A stretch of DNA of 64,000 nucleotides. It comes from Blepharisma stoltei ATCC 30299. Its lineage: Eukaryota > Protista > Ciliophora. Position numbers and translations under genes: made by a program. The stretch spans positions 682,001-746,000 of the forward strand of contig CBFDEM010000032.1 in the NCBI GenBank assembly GCA_965603825.1. The letters are read 5' to 3'. Under the pieces are notes generated by a model. It was not told where the DNA came from. It worked only from the letters and a program-made list of their open reading frames with translations, and made no database searches. Shown here one piece after another: positions 1 to 12,309 of this stretch; position 1 is the first letter of the stretch; each line of letters opens with the position of its first letter.

Positions 1-598
1 GCAATATAATAAAAGGAAAATAAGTTTGAATTATTGCATATTTTTGCTTCCAAATTGTTTTAATATTTTGATATAATGAAGGTCCTAATCCAGCAGAAAT
101 CTCAATTAGTACAAAATACCCAATTCATATAATATTCGTCTGTCTGCAAATTATTGAAAAAAGCCCAATAAGTGCTGATAGTTTATTTTTCTTATTTTTT
201 AAGAATAAATAAGAGAGGAGAATTGATAATAAAGCAGCATTGTCAGTGTAATATAAGCATCCTGATAAGAATAAAGGTGGGTAAAGCATAATGATTTCTG
301 ATGTTTTTGGGTCTTTTAAAGATCTTAATAAATACCAGCACAAGCTTCCAAATAAGGCATTTATCAGTCTTGATGCAAAAACTAAGCCAAGGAATTTATG
401 GATTGGAAAAACTTGGAGTATTATCCATGAAGCAATATAAAGACCTGGCAGGGTTGTAATTTTATCATCCCAAGTTGCGAAATCTCAGTTTAAATATGTG
501 CCTAATTGCTTTATGTGAAAAATTTCATCCATATACGGCTCAGGATATTTTCATGACACTAAAATTGATCCTGCAACCTGCAACAGAAGAAGTGCCAT
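1..598 (-). CDS. ALG10: Dol-P-Glc alpha-1,2-glucosyltransferase (ALG10/DIE2), 3' end runs off the window
   Basis: With TGA=Trp the frame from ATG 598 reads MALLLLQVAGSILVSWKYPEPYMDEIFHIKQ...WDDKITTLPGLY...YYTD...ICRQTNIIW. The PYMDEIFH, WDxKITT.PGLY, YYTD and RQTNIIW motifs are ALG10 signatures. Confidence 0.9.
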
Positions 599-766
599 TT
601 ATTTAAGCAAAATTTTCAAAAAATATTTTTTAAGCTAATTTTTATAATAAATAGAATTTCATTAACCGAAAGAGATCCTGCTTCATCTCCTTTTGGATCT
701 CATCTTCCATCAGGGACAAAATATAAAACTTCTTATCCTAGAACGGCTTCTGTGCGATCATTTTCT

Positions 767-1015
767 ATGAGATCTCCAATTAAAAAAGTCTACCGAGAGC
801 AGTTAAAATGCTCATCAAAATCGAACCTATCCTTGTTTCCAAGCCTCAAGCAAGCTTCTGGGCTTATTTCTAAGCCAAAATATCAAGTTCCTCATAGAAG
901 CTCAACTCTTACCAAAATTCATCTAAATCTTGCTCCTCCTGAGACTTCTCTACCCTTATCAAGACTTCCCCCTACAATTTTGCCTCCAAAAAAACCACGA
1001 AAAAAGCCTAATTAA
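767..1015 (+). CDS. Small basic Ser/Pro-rich hypothetical protein; start uncertain
   Basis: Open frame with coding-like composition from ~645 to TAA 1013-1015. First in-frame ATG is at 767. No recognisable domain. Confidence 0.35.
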   Translation: MRSPIKKVYREQLKCSSKSNLSLFPSLKQASGLISKPKYQVPHRSSTLTKIHLNLAPPETSLPLSRLPPTILPPKKPRKKPN

Positions 1016-1061
1016 CTAAAAAAATGTATTAACTAGTAAAACTAGCCAAATAATCTTGACC

Positions 1062-1910
1062 CTAATCAGTCTGCGTCAACCCACAGATTGTATTTGCATA
1101 TTTTTCAAGCTCAAATCCAGAAAATTCTTCGTTCTTAATTGTGATAAAAGTTTCAAGCGTTACCAAGCTATCACTCCCAGCTTGGTGCATTCTTCCGTAT
1201 CGCTTCACTCCTACCTCTTCTGCAATTCTATTTAGTCCTCCTCTGAATTTATCAATTCCTTGCACCATGAATTTAATATCATAAAAAATCGGAAAATACA
1301 CTGAAAGCTGCTTATAAAATTCATCTTGGGTTTCAGGCAATTTTAGGTTTGTAGCTGCTTTAAGTAAGTAAGCAAAATCATAGCCGCTATGAAAAGTAAT
1401 GTATGTTATGTCTTCATTTAGACATAGCCCAGAGACCGTAAAAAGTTCTGAAAAATCGAAATGAGAAATACCATTCGTCGCATGCATGTCAAAATCTATT
1501 CCAGATTGACGGAGTAGCTGGATTGAGTCTTCTGAGTACGCGTCTAAATTTAAATCAAACTCAAAATTGAATTGCCACGTGCAGACACCAGGTGGAAAAT
1601 TTCCTTGCCCATCTGATAAAGTAATGCCTACTTGGATAAGTTTGAGACGGTCTACGTTGTGGCGGATGTTTTGATATTGAATATCTTTTAACTCCCCTTG
1701 AGCTTTGACAATAATTCCGGGAAATTCTGTGTCCATGGCTACCAAAGGATAATTTTCAAGCAGCCTTGAAATTGCAAGAATTTCGGACTTAAGATTGTGC
1801 TTTCATACGTTTTTTATCATTGATTCGCTTTGCTGAGGAGGGATGAATTTAAATGATAAAGGCTCAAATGCAGGAGTGCTTGGGTTCAATAAGGACATAT
1901 TTGCAAACAT
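1062..1910 (-). CDS. CAF1: CCR4-NOT deadenylase subunit CAF1/POP2 (CNOT7/8, DEDD nuclease) with an N-terminal PAM2-like peptide
   Basis: IKNVW(TGA 1803-1805)KHNL..E...YPLVAMDTEFPG, TWQFNF, TFHSGYDFAYL and HQAGSDSLVT motifs. Frame is open from ATG 1910 when TGA=Trp. Confidence 0.93.
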
Positions 1911-2036
1911 TTTGAATATGGGTTTATTAGAGTTTCTTATTGATTGGCAGATTAATTTAAATTCAGCATTTTTGTGAATTATATGTGGCTTTTTTATTTA
2001 GTATTTTTATAAATGAATAAATTGAACAAAAATTAA

Positions 2037-3188
2037 ATGCAAACTTCGTATGTCTATGGCCAAAGAAAAAATTTTATCATTTCTTTTGACGAAGACAATC
2101 CTCCAGATTTGACCCTGAATTCTGAGAAAAATGAATTAAGTCCAATGCCAAGCTATTACAGCTCTCTTCCTCCTATTTCATCTAATAAATCTTTCATAAG
2201 ACAGAAAAAGAAACCAATGCACTCTAAAAAGGAATTAAAAAAAGCTAATAAAATAAAATATATCACTAAGAAGCTTTATGATCAAGAAATGGAAAAAAGG
2301 CATCAAAGATCAAATAGTTACAACGGTATGAACTATCAAGATGAGCACATTAAAGACGAAATTATAAGGCTAAGGCAGAATAAAAGTAAAACAAAAGACC
2401 AAAATTCAAATGTGAGCAGCATTTATAATATTTCTATGTCCATGATTAATAGAAGAAATTTTGGGTTTAATGAAAATTTGCATAGAAAACAGAGCTCAAT
2501 GCCATTATTTTTAATATCACCAATGGATATTGAAAATCCAATTTTTCATAATGAAAACCCAGGAATTAAAGATCAGAAATTAGATACTCAAGCTTATGAG
2601 CTTAATAAGCTGCGACAGGCAATGGCCAATATTATAACCAAAGAGGAAGAAGATCTGCACAGCTGAAAAGAGCCTGAAAGCAAAAAATCCAATTTTTTGT
2701 TAGATTTGAAGCCTATTTTCAGAAGACTAATCAGTATTGTAATGAAAGCAAAAATCCATAACGAGCTCAAAGAACCTGAAAAAAGAAAATTAATTGAGCA
2801 GTACAAAAACCACTTAAAAGAATCAGACGATAAAATCAAAGTTATTATCGGAACTTTATCCATTTTAGAAGAAAATTTAAAAGACTCAAAAATCCAATTC
2901 CATGACTTGAAAATAGAGATGCTGAATAAAAAAATCGAGCAATACAAAGAAGCCTTAAAAATCTTCCAAATCACAAGAGAAAAACTAAAAGACGCAATCA
3001 AACTTTTTAAGGCAAACTTCAGAAAAGAAGCTCAACAGAAAACTTTTAACGTTTTTAATTTCACTAATGAGTATGACGATGTAAATATCACTGTAAATAA
3101 CCCAGAAAAGAAAAAAACTGATACAAAGCAAGAAGAAAATAAATTCAGAAGAGGAAAAATCAGCCTTGCAGACTTTATGAAGATGTAA
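2037..3188 (+). CDS. Hypothetical 383-aa protein with low-complexity N-terminus and coiled-coil C-terminus
   Basis: ORFs 2037..2666 and 2697..3188 are in the same frame and are joined by one TGA(Trp). Ends at TAA. Confidence 0.7.
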
Positions 3189-3200
3189 TACAATTTTTAG

Positions 3201-5492
3201 TTACACTAATTTTTGTTTTAAATTGCGTAAAGCTTTTTCTAAATTTTCAGGACTTTCTTTAAGCAATAAAATTTCATTTGCAATTTCTAATGATTTTCTA
3301 TTTGTGTTAGCAAGAAATGCATTTTTATTTGATAAAAATGAAAATTTCATACAAATTTCTGAGCTGAATGTTTGAGCGTTTTCTATAAGACTTTTTGGTA
3401 AAGCAGAGCTGGCAGCTAAAGAGATCCCATAGCCATATTCTTGTTCACAACGCCCAGATTCTAGTTTAAATGAAGATGTATGAATATTATTGATCCCTGG
3501 ATAAAAATCTTCCAGAGAAGTAAGCTGGCTGAAATGGGTCGATACAATGGCTAAGCAGCCTATTTGAAGCAAATTCTCACAAATAGCCCATGCCATTGCT
3601 AAGCCATCTTCATGAGAACTGCCTTTTCCCACTTCATCTATCAATATAAAGCTATTTCTTGATGCAGTCTGCAAAATATATGAGCAGTCTTTCATTTCTG
3701 CTAAAAATCCTGACGATTTGTGCTCAAGTGATTCTCTCTCACCAATTCTGGTCAAAATATAGTCAAAAATAGGAAAAATTGATTCTTGCGCTGGGATAAA
3801 ACACCCAGCATGAGCTAAAATTGCAGTTAAAGCAGAGGTTTTGAGGAAGGTAGTTTTTCCACTAGAATTTGTACCAGTTAAAATTTGGAGTGATGTGACT
3901 TCTGTAAATTTGCAATCTAAAGGATGGAATTTTTTGGTTTTTAGCTCTATGAAAGGATTTTTTACTTGTTTTAATAGTAGAACGCCAGGCTGAAATTGAG
4001 GCCGCTTTGCGTTAAAAACAGAAGAAAACTCAGCAAAAGCGATTAATAAATCAAGAGTAGCGATGGCGTGAGAGACGTTGTAGAGGCATAAGATTTTTGA
4101 GCGGGCTTTGCAGATGAGCTCTTCGATGTGATTAAATGTTAAATTCACAATTTCATTTTGAGTGGATTTTAAGCTTTCGTTTAGGCTGATTAAAGATGGA
4201 GTTGAAGCCAGGCATTTTTTCCCTTTCTTTGAAATTTGAACAAAATGTTCACCTATTGCAGCAAGAATATTTTTTTTCAATACTTCTTGGTCAAATGATA
4301 AGAAATACCCTCGACTTTCATTTTGCATTAATTTTATAGACGGCTCATTCAGCTTGTATTTAAAATTGCTTGAAAGCTTATGTATTTCATCTAAATTATT
4401 TGAATATATAAGCCTCGCAATGTCTAATAAAGAATCAATTCCATCTCTTACAAGCGAAATGCAATGAGCTTTATTGATTTTTGGGTTTTTCAATGCAGCT
4501 ATATCAGGATCCATAATTTGGTCAATATCATTAAGCAAATCCTCAATTCTGCTATCATACAAATTATCAATAATACCTCTAAATATAGAAGCTTGTACAG
4601 CATGCTTCATAAGTGTGTCTAACAGCACTTTAGATTGCATAAGGATTTGCCTAATTATAATAATATTCCCTGCCTGAGCTTTCATATATTGTGAACTTGT
4701 CTGCTGAGGTTTCTGCACCAGTCTAGAAGTCACTAATTCTGTATTCGGAATTAACGCTAAAATATTTTTTATTTCAATTCTCAGTGGTGTTGACCGAATA
4801 ATTTCTTCGACTGCGTCTAATCTTCCATTAATAACTCCAATATCTCTACTCGGCTGCAATAAATTAGCTCTCAGCATCCTAAGTCCTGGCTGTGTTTTAC
4901 ATTCGAAAAGCCCTGCTAATGACTCTTTTGTGGACCCTTCTAGGGTAACTACCAATTCTAAGCTTTTTGCAGTCGAAAAATCAATTACTAATAAAGAATC
5001 CAGATGGCTGAAGGTAACTTTTAACGTCTCTCTATATATCATAATATTTTGTGAGGATTCTATATAGTCAATTAACGCAGAAAGCGCAGCCATGCTCACG
5101 TATTTGATTTCTATATCCACTTCATTGATTTTTGAAGCTGAGTGGGAATAAATTTCGCCCCCTTTTGTTTCGTCAAAACATTTTCTGGGTACTAAAGTTA
5201 TAGTAATTTCTTTCATTTGTTCAGAAATTCGGCTTTTTAAGGCACTTTCTTGGGCTGTTTTGCACATAATTAGCTCAATTGGATCTCAGGCGTAGAGGGT
5301 GGATAAGGTGTTTATATAGGTTTGGTTATCGACAAATTGGGTGATAATTATTTGGAAATTTTTCATGTTGATGCAGGCAAGACCGACTTCTCGAGCACGA
5401 TTTTCAATGAGAGATACAATGCAAGGGGCGTCGCCGGGGGTTATAGGGGTTTTTCGTGATGAGCTTGGTCTTTCAGAAATTGGAGTGTTCAT
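3201..5492 (-). CDS. MSH4: Meiosis-specific MutS homolog MSH4
   Basis: ORFs 5286..5492 and 3201..5267 join through TGA(Trp). Starts directly with the connector domain (ENRAREVGLACI...TQFVDNQTY), with no mismatch-binding domain I. ABC ATPase motifs GTNSSGKT, SGFLAEM, LIDEVGKG, STHF and YGISLA are present. Confidence 0.85.
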
Positions 5493-5508
5493 ATTTTTGA
5501 TAAGCTTA

Positions 5509-6447
5509 TTAATTTACATTTATTCGTATCTTAGCTACTTCCATGAAATCTTTTCTCGAAAACTTCTCCTTAATTCCTTCAAGTGGGTTCAATGTTGCAC
5601 CTTGTAAAAGCACATACAGATCCCTTGCACATTCTTTTAATTCGCTTTCGTCCACCCTTGCTTGTCTTCCTAATGCTTTACTCCAATGTGGCTCTATCCT
5701 AAAGATTTTTCTTGCTAAATAAACTACACTCGCAGATATAAGTGAAAGTTTATATCTTAGCATATGATACTCTATCAAGGACAGCTCTAATAAATACCTG
5801 GCAAATGCAAATTCCATTGGGCTCATTTCTGTGATTTTTGAAAGCCTTTCTAAAAATCTTCAAGAAGAAGGGACTGTGATTTTGAAGTCAAGCGTCCTTA
5901 AAATATCGCTTTCCATTAATAAAATTTGCTCTTTTGAGTATGCATTATCAGCGATTTTTACCAAATTAAGAGTTTCTGGGGGATAAATTTCTTCGTATTT
6001 GCTGGCAATGAGCAAAGAAGCTAGACCTACTAGTTGTAAATGCTGCTTATATACAGCTTTTTTCTCTAGGTATCGATCTACTAGATTTACAGCGATAAAT
6101 AATGTTTCTGGTAATAATTTGAATTTCAGATGAGCGCTAATTATTCAATCAATAAGAATGGCGCGCATTTTGCTGTTTATCTCTATATGGAGATCCAAGT
6201 AGTTGTAATTAACAACTGCTTCCGTTTCTGATTGAAATAAATTATCGTAAATTTCTAATGCATAGTTTCCTAATTGATGATGAGAATCATTGTTTTCGTT
6301 AGAATTGTTGTCTTGGTTCTGAAGAGAAATCGATAAAGTTGGCGTTAAAGCTCGGAGAGGCTGTCGATATGTGCTTGATGATAAAGACCGAGCTGGCTTT
6401 GGACGAATGTAAGAAGTATTTTCGTCTTGGTAAGAAAATTTGTTCAT
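5509..6447 (-). CDS. Mitotic (A/B-type) cyclin
   Basis: RQPLRAL D-box-like motif. Cyclin box MRAILIDW(TGA 6145-6147)...FKLLPETLF..VNLVDRYL...LQLVG...LIASKYEEIYPP; second fold YLLELSL. Two TGA(Trp) codons, stop TAA at 5509. Confidence 0.9.
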
Positions 6448-6864
6448 ATTAATTATTTGAAAAAATATTTGAAAATGGAGATAATGAAAAATGAAGTAAA
6501 ATGTAGAGGGAAAGGAAAGGATAAGATGCATAAAAAGCGAAATTTAAGAATATAAATTGATGAAAAGACTTATTAAAATTATATTTGCTTATCGGATTAA
6601 TTTTGGTGGAGAGATTTATTTCTTTGAGAATTTAGGCTGCCTTAAAATAAAAAGCAGAAATATCGTCAAAAATTTATATGAAAAATCGATAATATTTATT
6701 ATATAAAAAAGTAAAGAAAATTGAGAGTATTTTAGAGCTAAATTAGCTAAATAAAAATCTATTTTTAGAAAAATAGTTCATTTTCTCTACGATTTTATTG
6801 TAAAATAAAGAATTCTCAAAACTAAACCCAAAATAAAGTAATTTATTAAGAACATAAATGAAAT

Positions 6865-6918
6865 CCGCGAAACACCATTGCCAAATATCGATAATTTGAT
6901 CAAATTTCTGTTTGGCGG
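6865..6918. promoter_or_regulatory. Two E2F-like elements in the divergent cyclin/RRM1 promoter
   Basis: CCGCGAAA at 6865-6872 (TTTCGCGG on the minus strand) and TTTGGCGG at 6911-6918. Both fit TTTSSCGS and stand out in an otherwise very AT-rich spacer, 10-65 bp upstream of the RRM1 ATG. Confidence 0.45.
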
Positions 6919-6928
6919 CATATTAAAA

Positions 6929-9352
6929 ATGGAGGGAACACCTAGATTCGTGATCAAGCGAGATGGTTCGCGGCAAGAAATAGACACTGAAAAAATCAGA
7001 ATTCGTTTAGAAAACCTCATGGACGGTCTTGATAGGGAGTACATCAAGCTTGACGTCATAGTAAAAAAAGTAAGCGAAGGCATCTATAACGAAGTTCCTA
7101 CTTCCCAACTTGACAACCTCGCAGCAGAAACCTGTGCATATATGAATATAGCTCACCCCGACTACTCCAAGCTCGCAGCCAGAGTTGCCATTACAAATCT
7201 CCACAAGATGACTAAGCCTAGCTTTTTCGAAGTAATCCACGATCTTCACACCATGACTGACAACTTAGGTCGTCCTGCACCACTTATCGGAGCAGACGTC
7301 TACAGCTTTATCAGCGAAAACAGAGAAGCCCTTGAATCTGCAATTGACCATACACGAGACTACAATTACGACTTTTTCGGCTTCAAAACTTTAGAGCGCA
7401 GCTACTTGCTGAAAATTAAAGGAAAAATCGCAGAAAGGCCCCAGCATATGCTTATGAGGGTTTCTGCAGGAATTCACTATGGCGACATTGAAGCTTGCAT
7501 TAGGACTTACAATTTAATGAGTGAAAAATGGTTCACCCATGCTTCTCCGACACTATTTAACGCAGGCACAGTCAATAATCAAATGTCTTCATGCTTTTTG
7601 CTACAAATGCAAGAGGATAGTATAGAAGGAATTTATGATACTTTAAAGCAATGTGCATTAATAAGCAAATGTGCTGGAGGAATCGGGCTAAGCGTCCATA
7701 ATATAAGGGCTACGTCTTCTTATATTAGAGGAACTAATGGAAATTCTAATGGCCTGGTACCTATGCTAAGAGTTTTCAATGATACAGCCAGATATGTAGA
7801 CCAAGGAGGCGGGAAACGTAAAGGTGCCTTCGCCGTTTACCTTGAGCCGTGGCATGCTGACGTTTTTGAGTTTTTGACACTGAAAAAAAATCATGGAAAA
7901 GAAGAACAAAGAGCTAGAGACTTGTTTTATGCACTGTGGATACCAGATTTATTTATGAAAAGAGTAGAAATGAACGAAAATTGGACACTTATGTGCCCTA
8001 ATGAGTGCCCTGGGCTTAGTGAGGTATGGGGAGAAGAGTTCGAAAGGCTTTATAATAGCTACGAAGCCCAAGGAAGAGGTAAAAAAGTAGTTAAAGCACA
8101 AGCATTGTGGGCAGCTATAATTGAAAGCCAGACAGAGACCGGGACACCTTATATGCTTTATAAAGATACCGCAAATAGATATTCAAATCATAAACACCTT
8201 GGGACTATTAAATGCAGCAATCTGTGTACAGAGATTATGGAATATACGTCAAAAGATGAGGTAGCGGTCTGTAACCTTGCCTCTATAAGTTTATCAAGGT
8301 TTGTTACTAGTAATAGGACTTTTGACTTTGAAAAACTCTATGAAGTTACTAAGGTTGTGACTTATAACCTCAATAAAATTATTGACAGAAATTTCTACCC
8401 ATTACCTGAATGCAGAAATTCCAATTTAAGACATAGGCCAATTGGAATTGGTGTCCAAGGATTTGCTGATGCCTTATTAATGTTAAGATATCCATTTGAA
8501 AGCAAAGAAGCTTTAGAATTCAACCGAAGAGTTTTCGAGTGCATTTATTTCTCAGCACTAACTGCATCCTGTGAGCTTGCAGAAAGAGAAGGAACTTATT
8601 CTTCATATACAGGGTCTCCTATCTCTCAAGGATTTTTGCAATTTGATATGAGAGGTGTCGAAGCCTCCACACATCATGACTGGCCTGGCCTCAGAGAAAA
8701 AATTTTTCAATTTGGAGTAAGAAATTCTTTATTAATCGCCCCAATGCCGACAGCTTCCACCTCACAAATTTTAGGAAGTAACGAAAGCTTTGAGCCATAT
8801 ACATCAAATATATACACAAGGAGAGTGCTAGCAGGAGAATTTGTGTGTGTAAACCCACATTTGGTAAAAGACTGCATTGAGTTAGGTATTTGGACTCATG
8901 ATATAAAGAATAGAATTATTGCTAATGGAGGGTCGATACAAGATTTGCATGAAGTCCCAGAAAAAATGAAAAAATTGTATAAGACTGTGTGGGAAATACC
9001 TCAGAGGACGCTAATTGATATGGCTGTATCCAGAGCTCCATTTATTGACCAAAGCCAAAGTCTAAATGTTTATATAGCAGAGCCAAGCTTTGGAAAATTA
9101 ACATCACTGCATTTCTATACCTGGAAAAAAGGCTTGAAAACTGGAATGTATTATTTAAGATCCAGACCAGCCGCTGATGCTATTAAATTCACAGTAGATG
9201 TAGAAAAATTACTAATTTCCTCAGGCTTCAATACAAAGTCAGCAGCTTCATTTGTAGAGGAAAACGACGAAAATTCTCCACCAGAAGGGAATGTTTTGCA
9301 AGAAAAAAGCTTAAATGCTGAAGAAGAAGTGTGCATTTCGTGCAGTGGCTAA
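6929..9352 (+). CDS. RRM1: Ribonucleoside-diphosphate reductase large subunit (class Ia)
   Basis: ATP cone [53 protein letters not shown] and C-terminal CISCSG. The true ATG is at 6929; the ORF track starts at an upstream TTG. Confidence 0.97.
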   Translation: MEGTPRFVIKRDGSRQEIDTEKIRIRLENLMDGLDREYIKLDVIVKKVSEGIYNEVPTSQLDNLAAETCAYMNIAHPDYSKLAARVAITNLHKMTKPSFFEVIHDLHTMTDNLGRPAPLIGADVYSFISENREALESAIDHTRDYNYDFFGFKTLERSYLLKIKGKIAERPQHMLMRVSAGIHYGDIEACIRTYNLMSEKWFTHASPTLFNAGTVNNQMSSCFLLQMQEDSIEGIYDTLKQCALISKCAGGIGLSVHNIRATSSYIRGTNGNSNGLVPMLRVFNDTARYVDQGGGKRKGAFAVYLEPWHADVFEFLTLKKNHGKEEQRARDLFYALWIPDLFMKRVEMNENWTLMCPNECPGLSEVWGEEFERLYNSYEAQGRGKKVVKAQALWAAIIESQTETGTPYMLYKDTANRYSNHKHLGTIKCSNLCTEIMEYTSKDEVAVCNLASISLSRFVTSNRTFDFEKLYEVTKVVTYNLNKIIDRNFYPLPECRNSNLRHRPIGIGVQGFADALLMLRYPFESKEALEFNRRVFECIYFSALTASCELAEREGTYSSYTGSPISQGFLQFDMRGVEASTHHDWPGLREKIFQFGVRNSLLIAPMPTASTSQILGSNESFEPYTSNIYTRRVLAGEFVCVNPHLVKDCIELGIWTHDIKNRIIANGGSIQDLHEVPEKMKKLYKTVWEIPQRTLIDMAVSRAPFIDQSQSLNVYIAEPSFGKLTSLHFYTWKKGLKTGMYYLRSRPAADAIKFTVDVEKLLISSGFNTKSAASFVEENDENSPPEGNVLQEKSLNAEEEVCISCSG

Positions 9353-9469
9353 TAAATTAATATTGCTTAATTTTTAATAATCAAGGCTGCTCAAGTAATT
9401 TTTAATAATAAGTTGTATTAATAAAATTAACAATTTATAATTTTATTTCGATTAATAAAATGGTATAAA

Positions 9470-10966
9470 ATGAATTATAAGCATAAGAATAATGAAAGCA
9501 GCTCAAGGAGCAATTATAATGAAGAAATGATAAAAAAGGCCGGTCTAGATTTATACATCTCAGAAAATATTCATCTTACTGACCTGCTACGAGTTGAATA
9601 CAAAATTGAGGCTACTTACCAATTCATTCAACATTACATCAGGTATTTTTTATATAGATTTATTGCCTCAAGAGAAATAATTTTGCTATCAAACATCCCA
9701 GTTGATTTAAATTTGTGGGAAAATTACAATTTTTTAGTTTTAACAGGTGATTGAAAATTCTTTTTATTGAAAAAGGAATTAACAATTATTAAAGTTATTT
9801 GCGTAGGCTTTAAAGATAATTTCACTGAAGAAATTTTAAAAATAGAAGATTCTATTCCTTATAGAGCTAAAATTGAAGTCCAAAAAGTGATTTTAAGTGG
9901 AGAATATCCAAAGTCTTACAGTATCGTCTTAGCGGCAAAATGAATTTTAAATGGACAAAGGATTGGAAATGAAATAAAGGTAACAGAAGAAGGGATACTC
10001 ATGATAATAGAAGAAATTAAAAATTATATTTTATCTTCCTCACAAATTTCCCAAAAAAAATTGTCTTCTTTGCTTCAAGAAGCTGGAATTATTTTTAAAA
10101 ATAAATCTGAAAAGCTGCATGAAAAAACAATAAATCCTATCACACAATGGCTAAATTCTAATCAAAAAATCCCTGAAAAAGTTACTTACAAAATCCTAGA
10201 AAAACCGTTATTTGATCTTCTCTCAATTGAATCTAAAAAAGCTAAATATTTCAGCAGACCAAAAGACTATCAAATTAATTTACAATTAAATCCAGATTTA
10301 TTCGAAGAAGAATTGGATAAAAAATCTGCTTACAAATCAGATACCCCTTTGGAATTTGAAAGAACTCATTTATTTACTTTTGAGCCTAATAAAGATCATT
10401 TATTAACTTGAAGTTCTGATTTAGAATATTCCCACTCAGAAGATATGTCCAATTCTACACAAAAATTAAGTGAAGCCATAACCCCATTTAATTTGTCAAT
10501 TGTTGATAGATTTCCTAAAGTTTTTTCTGATTCTTTAACACTTAGTGAATCTTCCAATGCTCAGCAGCTTTCTCTAGAACAGACAAATCGAAAATCAATT
10601 ATCGATTATACTGAATCTTTAGACCTGGAATATTACCCAGTAGAAGTCGTAGAAATTATCCATAACTCCCCCAAAATAAAGCGCAGCAAAATCAGTAGCT
10701 TTTCAACCCCATTAATTTCTCCTAAAAACTGCAATTTATCAATTCAAGACATCCAGAAACAATTCGCTTTACTAGACTCCCGAATTACAAGCGAAACTAT
10801 AGACGCTTCTCTAAGCGACTTTGGCAAAGGCTCAGCCTCCCCTGTTTCTCGCCTCGAGACAGCTGCTTTTTCTTCCTCCGTTGATGGAAAAACCCCAAGT
10901 ACATCCTACCAATCCCAAGACACAAAATCCAAAAACTGTCGCTGCAACAACTGTGAGATATTTTAA
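9470..10966 (+). CDS. Hypothetical protein with C-terminal Cys cluster/CaaX-like end (CRCNNCEIF)
   Basis: Three track ORFs lie in one frame and are joined by TGA(Trp) codons. Probable 15-nt intron at 9643-9657. Ends at TAA. Confidence 0.7.
9643..9657 (+). other. Probable 15-nt spliceosomal intron (in frame, stop-free)
   Basis: GTATTTTTTATATAG matches the other introns, including the A 6 nt from the 3' end. It is not required to keep the frame open. Confidence 0.65.
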
Positions 10967-10986
10967 ATTGCTAAAAAATAAATTAA

Positions 10987-12120
10987 TTAAAAACTTAATT
11001 TACATGAACCATTTTTTTCATCAATTTTACTTTGAAGACTTCTGAGTGTGTTTTCAAAATCTCTTGGAGAATTTGGGTCAGCTGTGTCTATAAAGCTTCT
11101 ATATAAAATTTACGATAATTGGTCAAGAATGGTTTGTAAACTTTTTTCTGAGTTTTTTCTGCCGTGAATATCAAATGATTTTCCTCGGCTTGGGGTCCGA
11201 TTGTACCTAGATTTAAGCTCTTTGGTGAGGTGCTCTATGACTCTTTGTTGAGATTCGATGATGGACCGCTGCTCTTCAACTTGGTCTTCTAGGGCTCTAA
11301 TAATGATATGGTTTTTTTCGTTATTTATTTTATTTGTATCATTATTTGTAGCATATTCATGAAGCATGCTGTTTCTGTCAAGCTGGTCTCTAAGCTCGTC
11401 ATTTTCTTCATCTTTTATTAATAACTCATTTTCATACTCTTCTCGAATTTGTTCAATTTGCTCATGGTAAAATCCGTGGATTTTGTCGATTTCTTGCTGA
11501 TGGGCCATGTTTAATTTTTCAGTCACCAGTTCTGCAGTTTTTTCATTAAATTCGCCTAATAAAATATTTAATTCTTGTTTAGACCTTTGCATTCTCTGCT
11601 CATGCCGAGCCTGCAGTAACTGTATTTGTAGAGCGTGCTCTTCTTTCATTTTTAAATTTTGTTCTTTATAAAAATTTGCCTCTTTAGTTATTTTTGCAAT
11701 ATTTTCATTAGCAGCATTAAGCTCTTCTTTAAGTTTTGCTGTATCAATTTTATATCTTTTTTGTAATTTTCTAAGCTTGGCTTCTCTATTTTGAAGAAAA
11801 TATTTTATGGATTCCAAGTCTTGCTTCCCTGATGGACTTTCACTGATTTCAGTGATAGTTGGCTTATAAGGGCTCGCAAAGTCTGGATTATAATTCCCAT
11901 GAATAAAAGTAAAGCAAGCTGATTGGTTTATAACTGTATTTGGCTTCCATTCCATCGTAATACTTGTGTCTGCTGAAGGAGTTGGAGATGTGGAATCTGC
12001 GCTTGAACTTCGGCTGTGTTGGCGGTAAACTGCTTGTATATTTGTAGCATCTTTTAAAGAGCGAATTGAAATCCAAGATCCTATCTTAGAAAATTCTTTG
12101 TCAGCGTCTAGAGTGTCCAT
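10987..12120 (-). CDS. Coiled-coil protein of unknown function (one intron)
   Basis: The apparent TAA at 11110 lies inside a 15-nt intron. The spliced frame continues LSSFIDTADPNSPRDFENTLRSLQSKIDEKNGSCKLSF to TAA at 10987. Confidence 0.75.
11099..11113 (-). other. 15-nt spliceosomal intron
   Basis: GTAAATTTTATATAG on the minus strand; contains an in-frame TAA. Confidence 0.8.
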
Positions 12121-12309
12121 TTTGTATTATTTGAAAAATTCAAAATCTTTTTGAAAATAGATAAAAGAGAGGGAGATAACAAAAAGATAAAAAATTAAAA
12201 AATAATTGGTGAAATAGCAAGGATTATAATTTATAAGTAAAATAAAGGTAAAAATCATGAGATTTTATAGAAAATAAATTAGCTATTTTTATAATCAATT
12301 GTTTGCTAA

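Noticed and set aside
6878-6928. TTG-initiated N-terminal extension of RRM1
   Set aside because: Homology starts just after the ATG at 6929, which has the A-rich context seen at other starts; the upstream part is promoter/UTR.
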